Shown here: positions 20,077-31,918 of the stretch, in pieces
Position numbering within the stretch: the stretch's first letter is position 1
Layout of the letters: each line of letters starts with the position of its first letter
Assembly: GCA_963795085.1 (NCBI GenBank)
Contig: CAWCFX010000006.1
Span: forward strand, 704,001-768,000
DNA: 64,000 nucleotides
DNA from: an uncultured Gemmatimonadales bacterium
GTDB lineage: Bacteria > Gemmatimonadota > Gemmatimonadetes > Gemmatimonadales > GWC2-71-9
Reading direction: 5' to 3'
Notes under the pieces: generated by a model
Told to the model about the DNA's origin: nothing
The model's database searches: none
What the model saw: the letters and a program-made list of their open reading frames with translations, nothing else
Position numbers and translations under genes: made by a program

Positions 20077-21218
20077 CCATCACCGTCAGGCACGCGCTGG
20101 GATCCTACCCGGTCCATGTCGAGACCGGGCTGATGGTCGAGTTGCGCAAACTCCTGGAGGACGCGCTCCCCCGCCGCCCGCTGGTGATGATCGCCGATGA
20201 CAAGGTGAACCGGCTCTACGACGAGTGGACCAGCGGCACCGCGGAAGCGCGGCGGCTGGGCGCCCGCGCCAGCGACGCCGGCATGCGCCCGCGGTTCCAG
20301 GGCCGGCTCGCCTTTCCGCAGGGGGAGATGTCCAAGACCCGGGCCACCTGGCAGCACCTCACCGACCAACTGCTCCTGTCCGGCATCGGCCGGGAAACCG
20401 TGATCGTCGCCGTGGGCGGGGGGGTCACCGGCGATATCGCCGGTTTCGTGGCCGCGACCTATCTCCGCGGCCTGGACTATGTCCAGGTGCCCACCACCCT
20501 GCTCGCGATGGTGGATTCATCGGTGGGCGGCAAGGTGGGCGTGGACACCGAGTACGGAAAGAACCAGGTCGGTGCATTTCATCCACCCGCCATGGTGGTG
20601 GCCGACCCGCTGACCCTGCTGAGCCTGCCCGACCGGGAGTATCGCTCCGGGCTGGCCGAGGCGGTCAAGCATGGGCTGATCGCCGACCGGGAGTACTTCG
20701 AATGGATTGCCGGACATGGTCGAGAGCTGCGGGCCCGGCAGCCGGCGGCGCTGACCGAACTCATCCGGCGCAGCGTCGAGATCAAGGCCGCCGTGGTAAG
20801 CCAGGACGAACGCGATCACGGCCGCCGGGCGATCCTGAATGCTGGGCACACGGTGGCGCATGCGCTCGAGGCGGCGTCGGGCTACCAGCTGGCCCATGGC
20901 GAATGCGTGGCGGCGGGACTGGTGGTGGAGACCCGGCTCGCGGAACACCTGGGGCTCGCGGCGGCCGGCACCGGCGACACCCTCGCGGGGGTCCTGGCCC
21001 GCTACGGCCTCCCTACCGGCCTTCCCGAGTCCGTTGAGCCCATCCGGGTGCTGGAGGCGATGGCCGGCGACAAGAAGAACCGGGCCGGCGCCCTCCATTT
21101 TGCCTTCCCGGCGGCGATCGGCCGGATGGCTGGCCGGGACGGCGCCTGGACCACGGCCGTCGCCCCGGAATTGATCCTCAAAGAATTGTCACGGCGAACC
21201 GCCCACATTTCCACTTGA
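20070..21218 (+). CDS. aroB: 3-dehydroquinate synthase (start uncertain: CTG 20070 or ATG 20133)
   Basis: GGGVTGDIAGFVAATYLRG, QVPTTLLAMVDSSVGGK, GKNQVGAFHPP, LNAGHT. The in-frame upstream segment ITVRHALGSYPVHV resembles the usual AroB N-terminus. Confidence 0.92.
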   Translation: MVAITVRHALGSYPVHVETGLMVELRKLLEDALPRRPLVMIADDKVNRLYDEWTSGTAEARRLGARASDAGMRPRFQGRLAFPQGEMSKTRATWQHLTDQLLLSGIGRETVIVAVGGGVTGDIAGFVAATYLRGLDYVQVPTTLLAMVDSSVGGKVGVDTEYGKNQVGAFHPPAMVVADPLTLLSLPDREYRSGLAEAVKHGLIADREYFEWIAGHGRELRARQPAALTELIRRSVEIKAAVVSQDERDHGRRAILNAGHTVAHALEAASGYQLAHGECVAAGLVVETRLAEHLGLAAAGTGDTLAGVLARYGLPTGLPESVEPIRVLEAMAGDKKNRAGALHFAFPAAIGRMAGRDGAWTTAVAPELILKELSRRTAHIST

Positions 21219-21374
21219 ACCTTCCCCGGTCCGTCAACATTGCAGTAAGCCGTTCAAGCATAACGATTTACCGCAGTCTGTGTGGAAGAGATCGAAAATC
21301 TCACCCCCCTTTAGTGGAGAAATCGCAGAACCTTCTACAAGCCAACATTTTGTGATGTGGACAACCTGGATTTC

Positions 21375-21403
21375 TTGACCGCCCCTTCATTAATTCCTAT
21401 ATT
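21375..21403 (+). promoter_or_regulatory. Putative sigma-70 promoter upstream of the sigma factor gene
   Basis: TTGACC-N17-TATATT inside an AT-rich intergenic region. Confidence 0.6.
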
Positions 21404-21484
21404 CAATCGCCGTTACAGACCTCTGTTTCCCGTACAAAACTCAGTTCCTCACCGCAGCCGCGACTAACACAACTCGGGGATGGT

Positions 21485-22381
21485 ATGGCTACTGTCAGCT
21501 CAGGCAAGGCAAAGCCCTTGGCGCGTCATGCGCCGACCTCGGCGTTCGACCAGTACCTGCTCGACATCCAGCGGCTGCCCATGATCACCGATCCCGCCGA
21601 GGAGCGCCGCCTGGCCCGGCTGGCCCAGGGGGGCGACCCGGTGGCGGCTGAGCGCCTGGTGACGGCCAACCTCCGGTTCGTGATCTCCTATGTAAAGAAA
21701 TACCAGGGCCACGGACTCGACCTGGGCGAGCTGGTCGCCATCGGCAACGAAGGGCTGCTCAAGGCGGTCCGGAAGTTCGATCCCGAACACGGCGTCAAGT
21801 TCATCTCCTATGCGGTCTGGTGGGTGCGGCAGGCCGTCCTCAAGGCCCTCGCCGAACAGACCCGCAGCGTCCGCATTCCGCTCAACCAGAACTCTACCCT
21901 CATCAAGCTCTCCCGCACCGAGACCTTTCTCACCCAGGTCCTGGGCCGGCCGCCCACCGACCAGGAAGTGGCAACGGCCCTCTCGGACACCGTCGAGAAC
22001 GTGCGGGAAGCGCGGCGGATGGCCTCGACCGAGCTCTCCCTCGACGCCCCCCTGGAACGGGGCGACAAGGCCACCGGCGCCACCATGGGAGAGCGGGTGG
22101 CCGACGTGCAGAGCGGCGACATCGAGGAGCAGACCGATGCCCACCTCATGCGCGAGTTCATTGACCGGATCTTCCAGCGCTACCTCACCCCGCGGGAACG
22201 AAAGATCCTCTATCTCTACTATGGCATGGACGAAGGCGCCGAAGCGCTCACCCTGGAACGGATCGGCGAACTGCTGGGCGTCACCCGGGAACGAATCCGC
22301 CAGATCCGGGAACGGGCGTTCGAGAAGCTGCGGGGCTCGCCCGACGTCAAAGGGCTGAAAGGGTTCTGGGGCGCGGCCTGA
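21485..22381 (+). CDS. RNA polymerase sigma-70 factor, RpoD/SigA-family short form
   Basis: ANLRFVISYVKKY, GNEGLLKAVRKFDP..GVKFISYAVWW, TLERIGELLGVTRERIRQI. Confidence 0.93.
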   Translation: MATVSSGKAKPLARHAPTSAFDQYLLDIQRLPMITDPAEERRLARLAQGGDPVAAERLVTANLRFVISYVKKYQGHGLDLGELVAIGNEGLLKAVRKFDPEHGVKFISYAVWWVRQAVLKALAEQTRSVRIPLNQNSTLIKLSRTETFLTQVLGRPPTDQEVATALSDTVENVREARRMASTELSLDAPLERGDKATGATMGERVADVQSGDIEEQTDAHLMREFIDRIFQRYLTPRERKILYLYYGMDEGAEALTLERIGELLGVTRERIRQIRERAFEKLRGSPDVKGLKGFWGAA

Positions 22382-22406
22382 GCCGTTCGCGTCCCCACGG
22401 TATGTC

Positions 22407-22432
22407 GCCCCCCGGTGTTCCGGGGGGCTTTT
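22407..22432 (+). terminator. Rho-independent terminator
   Basis: GCCCCCCGG-tgtt-CCGGGGGGC followed by TTTT after the sigma gene. Confidence 0.8.
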
Positions 22433-22446
22433 GTTATCTTCTCCAT

Positions 22447-23910
22447 ATGAAGTCCGCACAACTCCCTCCGGGCATGCCCGCCGGCCTCGCCGGCGAGCTG
22501 GCCGATCTGGTCGGCGCCCGCTGGGTCAAGCATCGCCCGGCGGAACTCGCCACCTACCGGTCTGACGGCCTGCCCACCCACGAGTCCACGCCCGGCCTGG
22601 TGGTGCTGCCGGGAACCCGGGAGCAGGTCATCGCGGTGGTCCGGCTGCTGCACCGGCGCGGGGTGCCCTTCGTGGCCCGCGGCGCCGGCACCGGGCTCAG
22701 CGGCGGCGCGCTGGCCGACGCCGGCGCGGTCATCGTGACGCTCACCCGGCTCAACCATATCCTCTCGGTGGATGCGGCCCGCCGGCGCGCCACCGTGGAG
22801 CCCGGCGTGGTCAACGCCCGGCTCAGCGAAGCGGTGCTGGTCCATGGCCTCCAGTACGCCCCCGATCCTTCCAGCCAGAGCGCCTGTACATTGGGCGGCA
22901 ACGTCGCCGAAAACGCCGGGGGGCCCCACTGCCTCAAGTACGGCGTGACCACCAACCACGTGATGATGGTCGAAGTCCTGCTGCCCAATGGGTCGCTGGT
23001 CACCCTCGGGTCCCCCCAGGGCGAGGCCTGGGGGCCCGACCTGGTCGGGCTCTTCGTCGGCAGCGAGGGAATGTTCGGAATCGCGCTGGCGATCACCGTG
23101 CGGCTGGTACCGCTGCCCCAGAACATCCACACCCTGCTCGCCGATTTCCCCGCCGTGCGCTCGGCCAGCCAGGCGGTCTCGGCGATCATCGCGGCGGGGA
23201 TCGTGCCTGCCGCGCTGGAAATGATGGACCAGAGTTGCGTCGAGGCGGTCGAGGCGTCGATCTACGCCGCGGGATACCCGGTGGACGCGGCGGCGGTCCT
23301 GCTGGTAGAGCTGGATGGGAGCGACCTTTCGGTGGAAGCCGAATCCGCCGCGGTCCGGGAGCTGCTCGTCCTCCACGGCGCCCGAACGGTGCAGCTGGCG
23401 GCGACCCCGGCCGAGCGGGCCCGCCTCTGGCAGGGTCGCAAGAAGGCCTTCGGCGCCATGGGCCGGCTGGCCCCCGACCTGGCGGTCCAGGACGCGGTGG
23501 TACCCCGGTCCGCCCTGCCCGATATCCTCGACCGGATCGGGGAGATCCGGGACCGCCACGGCCTGGTCATCAGCAACGTCTTTCATGCCGGCGATGGCAA
23601 CCTCCACCCCAACATCAGCTACGACCGGCGGGATCCGCTGGTCGCCGCCCGGGTCCGGGACGCCAACCGCGAGATCATGGAAGCCTGTATCGCCGCGGGC
23701 GGCTCCATCACCGGCGAGCACGGCGTCGGCTCCGACAAGATCGACTACATGGCCCGGATGTTCGATCCGTCCACCCTGGCGGCCATGTGCGACCTGCGGC
23801 GAGTGTTCGACCCCGATGAGCGCGCCAATCCCGGCAAGGTCATTCCCATGCGCAGTTGCCGGGAATGGCGGGCCGCGGGGCGGCGGGTCCAGGAAGGAAC
23901 CCCGGCATGA
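22447..23910 (+). CDS. glcD: Glycolate oxidase-like FAD-linked subunit GlcD
   Basis: ARGAGTGLSGGA, PDPSSQ, ENAGGPHCLKYG, HAGDGNLHP, ITGEHGVG. Confidence 0.9.
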   Translation: MKSAQLPPGMPAGLAGELADLVGARWVKHRPAELATYRSDGLPTHESTPGLVVLPGTREQVIAVVRLLHRRGVPFVARGAGTGLSGGALADAGAVIVTLTRLNHILSVDAARRRATVEPGVVNARLSEAVLVHGLQYAPDPSSQSACTLGGNVAENAGGPHCLKYGVTTNHVMMVEVLLPNGSLVTLGSPQGEAWGPDLVGLFVGSEGMFGIALAITVRLVPLPQNIHTLLADFPAVRSASQAVSAIIAAGIVPAALEMMDQSCVEAVEASIYAAGYPVDAAAVLLVELDGSDLSVEAESAAVRELLVLHGARTVQLAATPAERARLWQGRKKAFGAMGRLAPDLAVQDAVVPRSALPDILDRIGEIRDRHGLVISNVFHAGDGNLHPNISYDRRDPLVAARVRDANREIMEACIAAGGSITGEHGVGSDKIDYMARMFDPSTLAAMCDLRRVFDPDERANPGKVIPMRSCREWRAAGRRVQEGTPA

Positions 23911-25117
23911 GCGATCCGGTCCTGATGCGGCTGCGCCAGCTCCTGGGTGATGCGGGGGTCGAACGCGACGCGGCGGGCATTCCCCGCGCGGCGCCGGAAA
24001 CCACTGAAGAAGTGGCGGCCGTCTGCCAGCTGGCCCACGGTGAAGGCTGGCGGATCCGGATCGAAGGCCGGGGAACCTGGCTGCTGCCGGACGCCCCGGC
24101 CGACCTGGTGCTCACCCTCCGCGCCATGGACCGGATGGGCGAGGTGAGCCCGTCCGACCTGGTGGCCACCGCGCCGGCCGGGGTCACCATCGAAACGATT
24201 CGCCGTCACCTCGCGGAGGAGGGCATGTGGCTCGCCATGGATCCGCCGGGGCGGCCCGACCGGACCCTCGGTTCCATCGCCGCCACCGCCACGGCCGGGC
24301 CGCTTCGCCTCGCCATGGGTCCGGTCCGGGACCAGGTCCTCGGCGCCACCTTCGTCACCGGCGATGGCCGCATCGTGCAGGCGGGCGGACGGGTGGTGAA
24401 GAACGTCGCGGGTTACGACCTGACCAAGCTACATATTGGCGGGTTCGGCGGCTTCGGAATCCTGACCGAACTGCACCTGCGCCTCCGCAGCCTGCCCCGG
24501 GCCGATACGACCCTCGTCGCGCGGGGCAGCCGCGACTCGCTCCTCGCCCTCTCCCGCGCCATCCTGGAGATTCCGCTGGCACCGTCGGCGCTGGAGCTGC
24601 TCTCGCCCGCCCTCGCGGCCGACCCCGACTGGGTCCTCGCGGTGCGCTTCCTGGGACCGGACCCGTCGGTGCAGGGCGACATGCGGATGCTGCCCCGCAG
24701 CACCGGCGCCACCGCCTGGGAACCGCTGCCCCCCGACCGCTCCAGCGCGTTCTGGACTCTCGTGGCGCGGGCCGCCTGCAGCGGCCTGATGACCATCCGG
24801 ATGGGTGCCTTGCCGGTGGGTCTGGACGATACCCTGGACCTGGTGGCCCACGACCTCGACGAAGGCCTGCTCTCCGCGGGAGCCGGCGACGGGATGATCC
24901 GGTGGACCGGCGAAACCACGCCGGAACGCATTCGCAGGCTGCGCGGAGCCGCCGCCGCACGGGAAATCCCCCTCACCCTGGAGCGGGCCCCCTGGCCCAT
25001 CCGCCACGCGGTCGGCCACTTCGGCGCGTACCGGGAAGGCGTCGGCATGCTGGTGGACCGGCTGCGGCAGACCTACGATCCCGGGTCGCGCATCAGTGTG
25101 GCGTTGGAGGCCCCCGA

Positions 25118-25121
<4 letters not shown>
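23907..25121 (+). CDS. glcE: Glycolate oxidase-like FAD-binding subunit GlcE
   Basis: GGRVVKNVAGYDLTKL; located between glcD and glcF. Confidence 0.87.
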
Positions 25122-26421
<1,300 letters not shown>

Positions 26422-26425
<4 letters not shown>

Positions 26426-27414
26426 CCGAGCTGGACCTGACGCTGGATGAAACCCGCCTCAACCTGGTGACCCGGGGAGCCGTCGCAGTCACGGCTCCCC
26501 TGGCCGTGTTCGAAGTGCGCGGCGCCGGCAGCCTGGATTGCCTCCAGGGCCTGCTGACCAACGACCTCGTCAAGCCGGGGCCCGGCAGTATGATCTACGC
26601 CGCCCTGCTGACGCCCAAGGGCATGCTGATCGCCGACCTCTGGGTGCTCCGGCGGCACGATGCCATCACCCTGGTGATGCCGCTCCAGGGACGAGAGGCG
26701 GCGCTGGAGACCTTTCGCAAGAGCCTGCCTCCCCGGCTGGCCCAGCTGACCGACCGGACGGAGGAGGTCGGCGTATCGATGGTCTTCGGCGACCAGGCCT
26801 TCGAGATCGTTCGCAGCCTGCCGCTGCCCATGCCCGACATGCCGGGCCGCATCCTCGAAACCCCGGGCGATGACTTTACGCTGACCGTGGCCCGGCCCCC
26901 GCAGCCAGCCTACTTCCAGGCCATGCTGATCGGGCCCCCGGCCTCGCTGGCGCGCGCGGGCGAGTTGCTGGAGGCGGCCGGAGCCGTCACCGGCACCGCC
27001 GATGACCTGCATGCCTCCCGGATCATCGCGGGATGGCCTGCGCTGGGCCTGGAGATTGACGGGCGGACGCTGCCCCAGGAAGTACGCTTCGACGACCTGG
27101 GCGGGCTCTCCTATACCAAGGGCTGCTACATGGGGCAGGAGACAGTCGCGCGGCTGCACTTCCGCGGCCACCCCAACCGGGAGTTGCGGGGCCTGGTCTG
27201 GGCCGATCCGCTGCCGCTGGCCGGGCGCACCGTCCTGGCCCATGAAAAGGAGGTCGGCAGTGTGCGCTCGACGCTCGCCCTCCCCGGGCGCCGCCTGGGC
27301 CTGGCCATCCTTCGCCGCGAAATCAAGGTGGGTGAAACCGTCCAGGCGGGAGGCCATCCGGCCACCGTCGCCGGACTTCCCTTCCCCATGCTGATCGAAG
27401 ACGCCGTGGGTTGA
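26422..27414 (+). CDS. ygfZ: YgfZ/GcvT-like folate-binding protein
   Basis: LQGLLTND, LLTPKG, LPQE, SYTKGCYMGQE signature. Confidence 0.88.
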
Positions 27415-28406
27415 TGATCTTCCTCACCGGGGGCACCGGTCTCCTCGGCCTCCACATCCTGGATGAATTGCGAGAGCGGAGCCTGCCGGTCACCGCGCTG
27501 GTGCGCGACGAAGCCGGCGCCCGGGCGGTGCAGGTCCGCGGCGCCACGCCGGTCCTCGGCACCGTGGAAAGCGCGGATACCTGGAAGGCAATGCCGGAGT
27601 GCCAGGCCATCATCCATGGCGCCGCGATCATTGCGGGCGAGTTATCCTGGGAGCGCTTCGCGGCGGTCAACGTGCACGCCACCCGGCTGGCCGCCCGGCA
27701 GGCCCTCGAGCGCGGCGTTCCCCTCGTCCACATCTCCTCGGTAGCCGTGTATGGCCGTGGCTATGAGTCCGGCGCCCGGGTAGATGAAGCATTCCCATTC
27801 GCGCCGCTCCGGGAGCACGACTACTACGCCCGCTCCAAGCGAATGGCGGAAGCGGAGCTATGGGAAGCCGGCGGCCGGGGGCTCCGCGCGGTGGCGCTCC
27901 GGCCCTGCGTGGTGTACGGCGAGGGCGACCGGCTCTTTCTCCCCAAGGTGGTGGCCAACCTGGCGCGGAGCCCCCGGGTCCCGCTGATCGGTGGGGGCAC
28001 CCGGCCGCTGGCGCTGGTGCACGCCCGCAACGTCGCGCAGGGCGTGGTGAATGCCGTCCACACCCCGGCGGCCTGGGGCCGGGCCTACAACCTCACCAAC
28101 GATGACGAGATCACGGCGCGCGACTTCGTGGCGGCGGTCGGGCGCGGCCTGGGGCGCGACCTGCAGACCATCCGTCTGCCGGCGGCGCCCATGGTCGGGC
28201 TGGCGCGCCTGGCGGACGGGGTGCGCCGGATGCTGGGACCCTCCCGCTATCCGGGCTCCGCCCGCTCCGCGGTGCAGTTCTGGCGCGGCGGCAATGCCTA
28301 TACGTCAGAGCGGGCTCGGCAGGAGTTGAACTGGAAGCCGGCCGTGAAGCACCGGGCCGGCGTGGAGAACGCGACCAGGGCGCTCGCAACGGGAAGTGGG
28401 CGGTGA
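27414..28406 (+). CDS. NAD-dependent epimerase/dehydratase (extended SDR)
   Basis: TGGTGLLG, HISSVAVYG, YARSK, LRPCVVYGEGD. Confidence 0.9.
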   Translation: MIFLTGGTGLLGLHILDELRERSLPVTALVRDEAGARAVQVRGATPVLGTVESADTWKAMPECQAIIHGAAIIAGELSWERFAAVNVHATRLAARQALERGVPLVHISSVAVYGRGYESGARVDEAFPFAPLREHDYYARSKRMAEAELWEAGGRGLRAVALRPCVVYGEGDRLFLPKVVANLARSPRVPLIGGGTRPLALVHARNVAQGVVNAVHTPAAWGRAYNLTNDDEITARDFVAAVGRGLGRDLQTIRLPAAPMVGLARLADGVRRMLGPSRYPGSARSAVQFWRGGNAYTSERARQELNWKPAVKHRAGVENATRALATGSGR

Positions 28407-28450
28407 GGCAGGAGGAGTGACCGAGAGAAGCTCCGCGGGCTGGTGACAGC

Positions 28451-28481
28451 AAAAAGGCCCCGACTCATGGTCAGGGCCTTT
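28451..28481 (-). terminator. Probable terminator between convergent genes
   Basis: AAAAAGGCCC...GGGCCTTT hairpin, giving a T-run on the minus strand. Confidence 0.65.
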
Positions 28482-28505
28482 CGTGCGACATCCGGAACAC
28501 CAAGC

Positions 28506-28700
28506 TTACATCTGCTTCGTCGTATCCCGGGGCATCATGGTGTCGGTGCCCATCATGCCGCTGTCGTGCTGCATCATCATCGTGGTGTCCATCGGCGCCG
28601 GCGCCATCATGGCGGCCGAATCCGCGGCGGGGGTCTCTTCCGCCTTCTTTTCGCAAGCGACGAGCGTGACCAGCGCGGCCAGGGCCAGGAACTTCTTCAT
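28506..28700 (-). CDS. Small methionine-rich lipoprotein (64 aa)
   Basis: MKKFLALAALVTLVAC lipobox, GAGGAG RBS, own promoter and terminator candidates. Confidence 0.8.
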   Translation of the reverse strand: MKKFLALAALVTLVACEKKAEETPAADSAAMMAPAPMDTTMMMQHDSGMMGTDTMMPRDTTKQM

Positions 28701-28767
28701 AAACTCTCCTCGGGATGGGATTGACGAGCGACCAAGCTGTCTCGGGTGACCGGACATCGCGGGGGTC

Positions 28768-28795
28768 AAAGTATTGATTCACCACGATTTGTCAA
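28768..28795 (-). promoter_or_regulatory. Putative sigma-70 promoter of the small lipoprotein gene
   Basis: TTGACA-N16-TACTTT on the minus strand. Confidence 0.5.
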
Positions 28796-29001
28796 GCTCG
28801 ACCCTGGTCCAGCCCGACCCGTAAACCATGCCAACCCGGCAGGTTAGCGCCACCAGGGCGGGCTTCCGGACGGAACCCGGATTGTTACAAGTGGTATAAC
28901 CCATTGCCAGATGATGAGATATCGCGTTCCAAACCAGGACAGGTTAAACTGCAATCGGGCGGATGAACGCCTCCCTCTATTCTACCTGACAGGGGTACGA
29001 A

Positions 29002-30465
29002 ATGACGCTCCCTCGTACATTCGGCGACCTCAAGCAGAGTCCCTGGGCCGACGCGCCGCTCCGCGGCCGGAACGTCCGGGATGAACTCCGGGACAACATG
29101 ATCGGGGCCCTGGAAGCGGGCACCGAGCTGTTTCCCGGCATAGTCGGCTACGACGACACCATTCTTCCCCAGCTGGCCAACGCCGTGTTGTCCCGGCACC
29201 ATTTCATCCTGCTCGGACTCCGGGGCCAGGCCAAGAGCCGGATCCTCCGCGAACTGGTGCGGTTCCTGGACGACCGGATCCCCATCGTGGCCGGCTCCGA
29301 GGTCAACGACGATCCCTTCGCGCCGATCTCCAAGTACGCCCGGGAAAGGCTGGCCGAATGCGGCGACGCCACCGCGATCGCGTGGCTGGGGCGGGACCAG
29401 CGCTACGTCGAGAAGCTGGCCACGCCGGACGTGACCATCGCCGATATCCTGGGCGACGTGGACCCGATCAAGGCCGCGCGCGGCGGGCACCTGCTCTCCG
29501 ACGAGCTGACCATGCACTTCGGCCTGCTGCCCCGCGCCAACCGGGGCATCTTCGCCATCAACGAGCTGCCCGACCTGAGCGGCAAGATCCAGGTCGGCCT
29601 GTTCAACATCATGCAGGAAGGCGATGTCCAGATCAAGGGCTACCCGATCCGGCTCAAGCTGGACGTGCTGATGGCGTTTACCGCCAACCCGGAGGACTAT
29701 ACCGCGCGCGGCAAGATCATCACCCCGCTCAAGGACCGGATCGGCTCCGAGATCATGACCCACTACCCCCGCCGGGTCGAGTGGGGCATGGACATCACCC
29801 GGCAGGAGGCGTGGCAGGACCGCCCGGTGGGCGCCGCGGGGCGGCCCCGGATCGTACCCGAGTTCATCGCCGAGCTGGTGGAGCGCATCGCCTTCGAGGC
29901 GCGGGAGGACAAGCGGGTGGACAAGCGCTCCGGGGTGAGCCAGCGGCTGCCCATCAGCGTGCTGGAGAACTCGCTCTCCAACGCGGAGCGGCGCTCGCTG
30001 GTCGCCCGGGAAGACGCGGTGGTCCCGCGGGTGAGCGACGTCTATGCCGCGATCCCGTCCATCACCGGCAAGCTGGAACTGGAATACGAAGGGGAGCTGC
30101 AGGGCGGCGACGCCATCGCGCGGGAACTGATCCGCCGCGCAGCCGGCCGGGTCCTGGACCAGCGGGGAGAAGAGGACAGCTTCGACGAGATCGTGGCCTG
30201 GTTCGATACCGGGGGCGCCCTCAAGATCGCCGGCGACGAGCGCAGCGATGTCTGTCTCAAGGGATTCGGGGTGGTGCCCGGCCTGCTGGAGAGCGCCGCC
30301 CGGCTGGCCGCCGACGGCGGACCCGGCGTCACCGTGTCCGCGTGCGAGCTGATCCTGGAAGGCCTCGCCGCCCACAAGCGCATCAGCCGAAGCGAGGAAC
30401 TGGGCTACAGCCGGGCCCGGCCGGAAAAGCGGGAAGGCGGATACGGGAAAGGATTTCAGATCTAG
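29002..30465 (+). CDS. ChlI/Mg-chelatase-like AAA+ ATPase
   Basis: LLGLRGQAKSR Walker A variant, RYVEKLATPD, GLLPRANRGIFAINELPDL, TANPEDYT. Confidence 0.85.
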   Translation: MTLPRTFGDLKQSPWADAPLRGRNVRDELRDNMIGALEAGTELFPGIVGYDDTILPQLANAVLSRHHFILLGLRGQAKSRILRELVRFLDDRIPIVAGSEVNDDPFAPISKYARERLAECGDATAIAWLGRDQRYVEKLATPDVTIADILGDVDPIKAARGGHLLSDELTMHFGLLPRANRGIFAINELPDLSGKIQVGLFNIMQEGDVQIKGYPIRLKLDVLMAFTANPEDYTARGKIITPLKDRIGSEIMTHYPRRVEWGMDITRQEAWQDRPVGAAGRPRIVPEFIAELVERIAFEAREDKRVDKRSGVSQRLPISVLENSLSNAERRSLVAREDAVVPRVSDVYAAIPSITGKLELEYEGELQGGDAIARELIRRAAGRVLDQRGEEDSFDEIVAWFDTGGALKIAGDERSDVCLKGFGVVPGLLESAARLAADGGPGVTVSACELILEGLAAHKRISRSEELGYSRARPEKREGGYGKGFQI

Positions 30466-30471
30466 GGGAAT

Positions 30472-31089
30472 TCACCATCCCCGCGCCCTGGCCCGGGCCA
30501 CGATCACGCCCGCGGCGCCCTCGAAGCCCAGCGCCCCGGTATTGAGTACCATGTGATAGCTGGCCGGGTCGGCCCAGTCGCGGCCGTAGTACTCCTTGTG
30601 GTAGCGGGCCCGCTGCGCGTCGGTCTCGCTGATCTGTTTCGCGGCGGCCCGGGCGTCGAGCCCGGAGCGCTCTTCCACCACCCGGACCCGGAACGCCACC
30701 GGTGCGACCAGCTGCACGTGCAGCGCGCCCAGGTCGCGGGCCAGCACCGCCACCGCGGCCCGGCCCACCAGCACCACCCGCCCCTGCCCCGCCGCCTCGG
30801 TCACCACCGCTTCGGTCACCTTCACCAGCTCCGCCTCGTCCAGGCTCTCGACCGGCGTCGAGGTCACCAGCGGCACCTCCGGCGAGGCCACCATCGCCAG
30901 CGCCAGCCGCTCCACAAAGGATGGCACCCGCTCCTCCCGGTCCGCCACCTGGTCGGTCGGTTTGCCCACCCGCCGGGCAACCTCCTCGACCAGCTCGTTG
31001 TCCACCACCGACCAGCCCAGCTGCTCGGCGACCATCCGGGCCACCAGCGATCCGCCGGCGCCAAACTGGCGTGAAAGGGTTATCAGCAC
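30472..31089 (-). CDS. Cytidylate kinase-like family protein
   Basis: LITLSRQFGAGG, VLVGRAA, RARYHKEYYGRDWADPASYHMVLNT. GTG start after a GAGGG RBS. Confidence 0.85.
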   Translation of the reverse strand: MLITLSRQFGAGGSLVARMVAEQLGWSVVDNELVEEVARRVGKPTDQVADREERVPSFVERLALAMVASPEVPLVTSTPVESLDEAELVKVTEAVVTEAAGQGRVVLVGRAAVAVLARDLGALHVQLVAPVAFRVRVVEERSGLDARAAAKQISETDAQRARYHKEYYGRDWADPASYHMVLNTGALGFEGAAGVIVARARARGW

Positions 31090-31129
31090 TGTCGTCGACC
31101 CTCGGTTCGGGTGTGACATCTGGCGCCAG

Positions 31130-31918
31130 GAACTGCAACGGCGAAGCAAAACTGCAACAGCCTTAACACGAATACAAAACAGCAACAGCAACAGCCGTAA
31201 CACGAAAGCACGAAGTTCCTTAAAACACGAAAAACAAACTTTATTGGTGTGACCGGCCGATCTCATGCCACGGATCAAAAACTGCAACCGCCTTAACACG
31301 AAAACACGAAGTTCCTTAAAACACGACAAACATGACCTTATTGGGTTTACCCGCCGATCTCAATGTCAGACCTAGAAAATGATTTTCTTGTTATTTCGTG
31401 TGATTTCGTGCCTTCGTGTTACGGCTGTTGCTGTTCCCGAAACCGGTACGGCCTGGGACTGACCGGCCCGATCTCAATACCGCAGGCCAAAAACAGCAAC
31501 AGCCGTAACACAAAAACACGAAGTCCAACAAAAGGCACGAAAAACAAACTTTGTTGGGTTGACCGGCTGGATCTCAATCCCACGAGTCAAAACAGCAACA
31601 GCCTGAACACGAAAGCACGAAGTCCCACCAAGGTACGAAAAACAAACTTTGTTGGGTTGACCAGTTGGATCTCAATGCCACACCCACAAGGTGTTATTTC
31701 GTAGTTTTTCTGCTGGTTTTCGTGCTTTCGTGTTCAGGCTGTTGCTGTACCCGAAACCTGTACGCCCTGGGACTGACCGGCCCGATCTCTACCCCACACC
31801 CACAACATATTTCTTCGTAGTTTTTCTGCTGGTCTTCGTGCCTTTGTGTTAAGGCTGTTGCTGTGCCCGAAATCTTCTTCGCTTGGTCTACATGCCTTCG
31901 TGTTAAGGCTTTTGCTGT
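31130..31918. repeat. AT-rich mosaic of a ~30-bp motif in both orientations (REP/BIME-like)
   Basis: ACAGCAACAGCCGTAACACGAAAGCACGAA-like copies run forward near 31150, 31185, 31280, 31493 and 31591, and reverse near 31405, 31719, 31835 and 31897. Linkers such as GACCGGCCCGATCTC recur. Confidence 0.9.

Noticed and set aside
29002..30465. Photosynthesis gene (bchI/chlI)
   Set aside because: No bch or puf genes are nearby; the sequence fits the generic ChlI-like ATPase that pairs with vWA proteins.
31130..31918. Possible CRISPR array or CDS
   Set aside because: The motif occurs in both orientations with repeated linkers, and the ORFs are short repeat translations.
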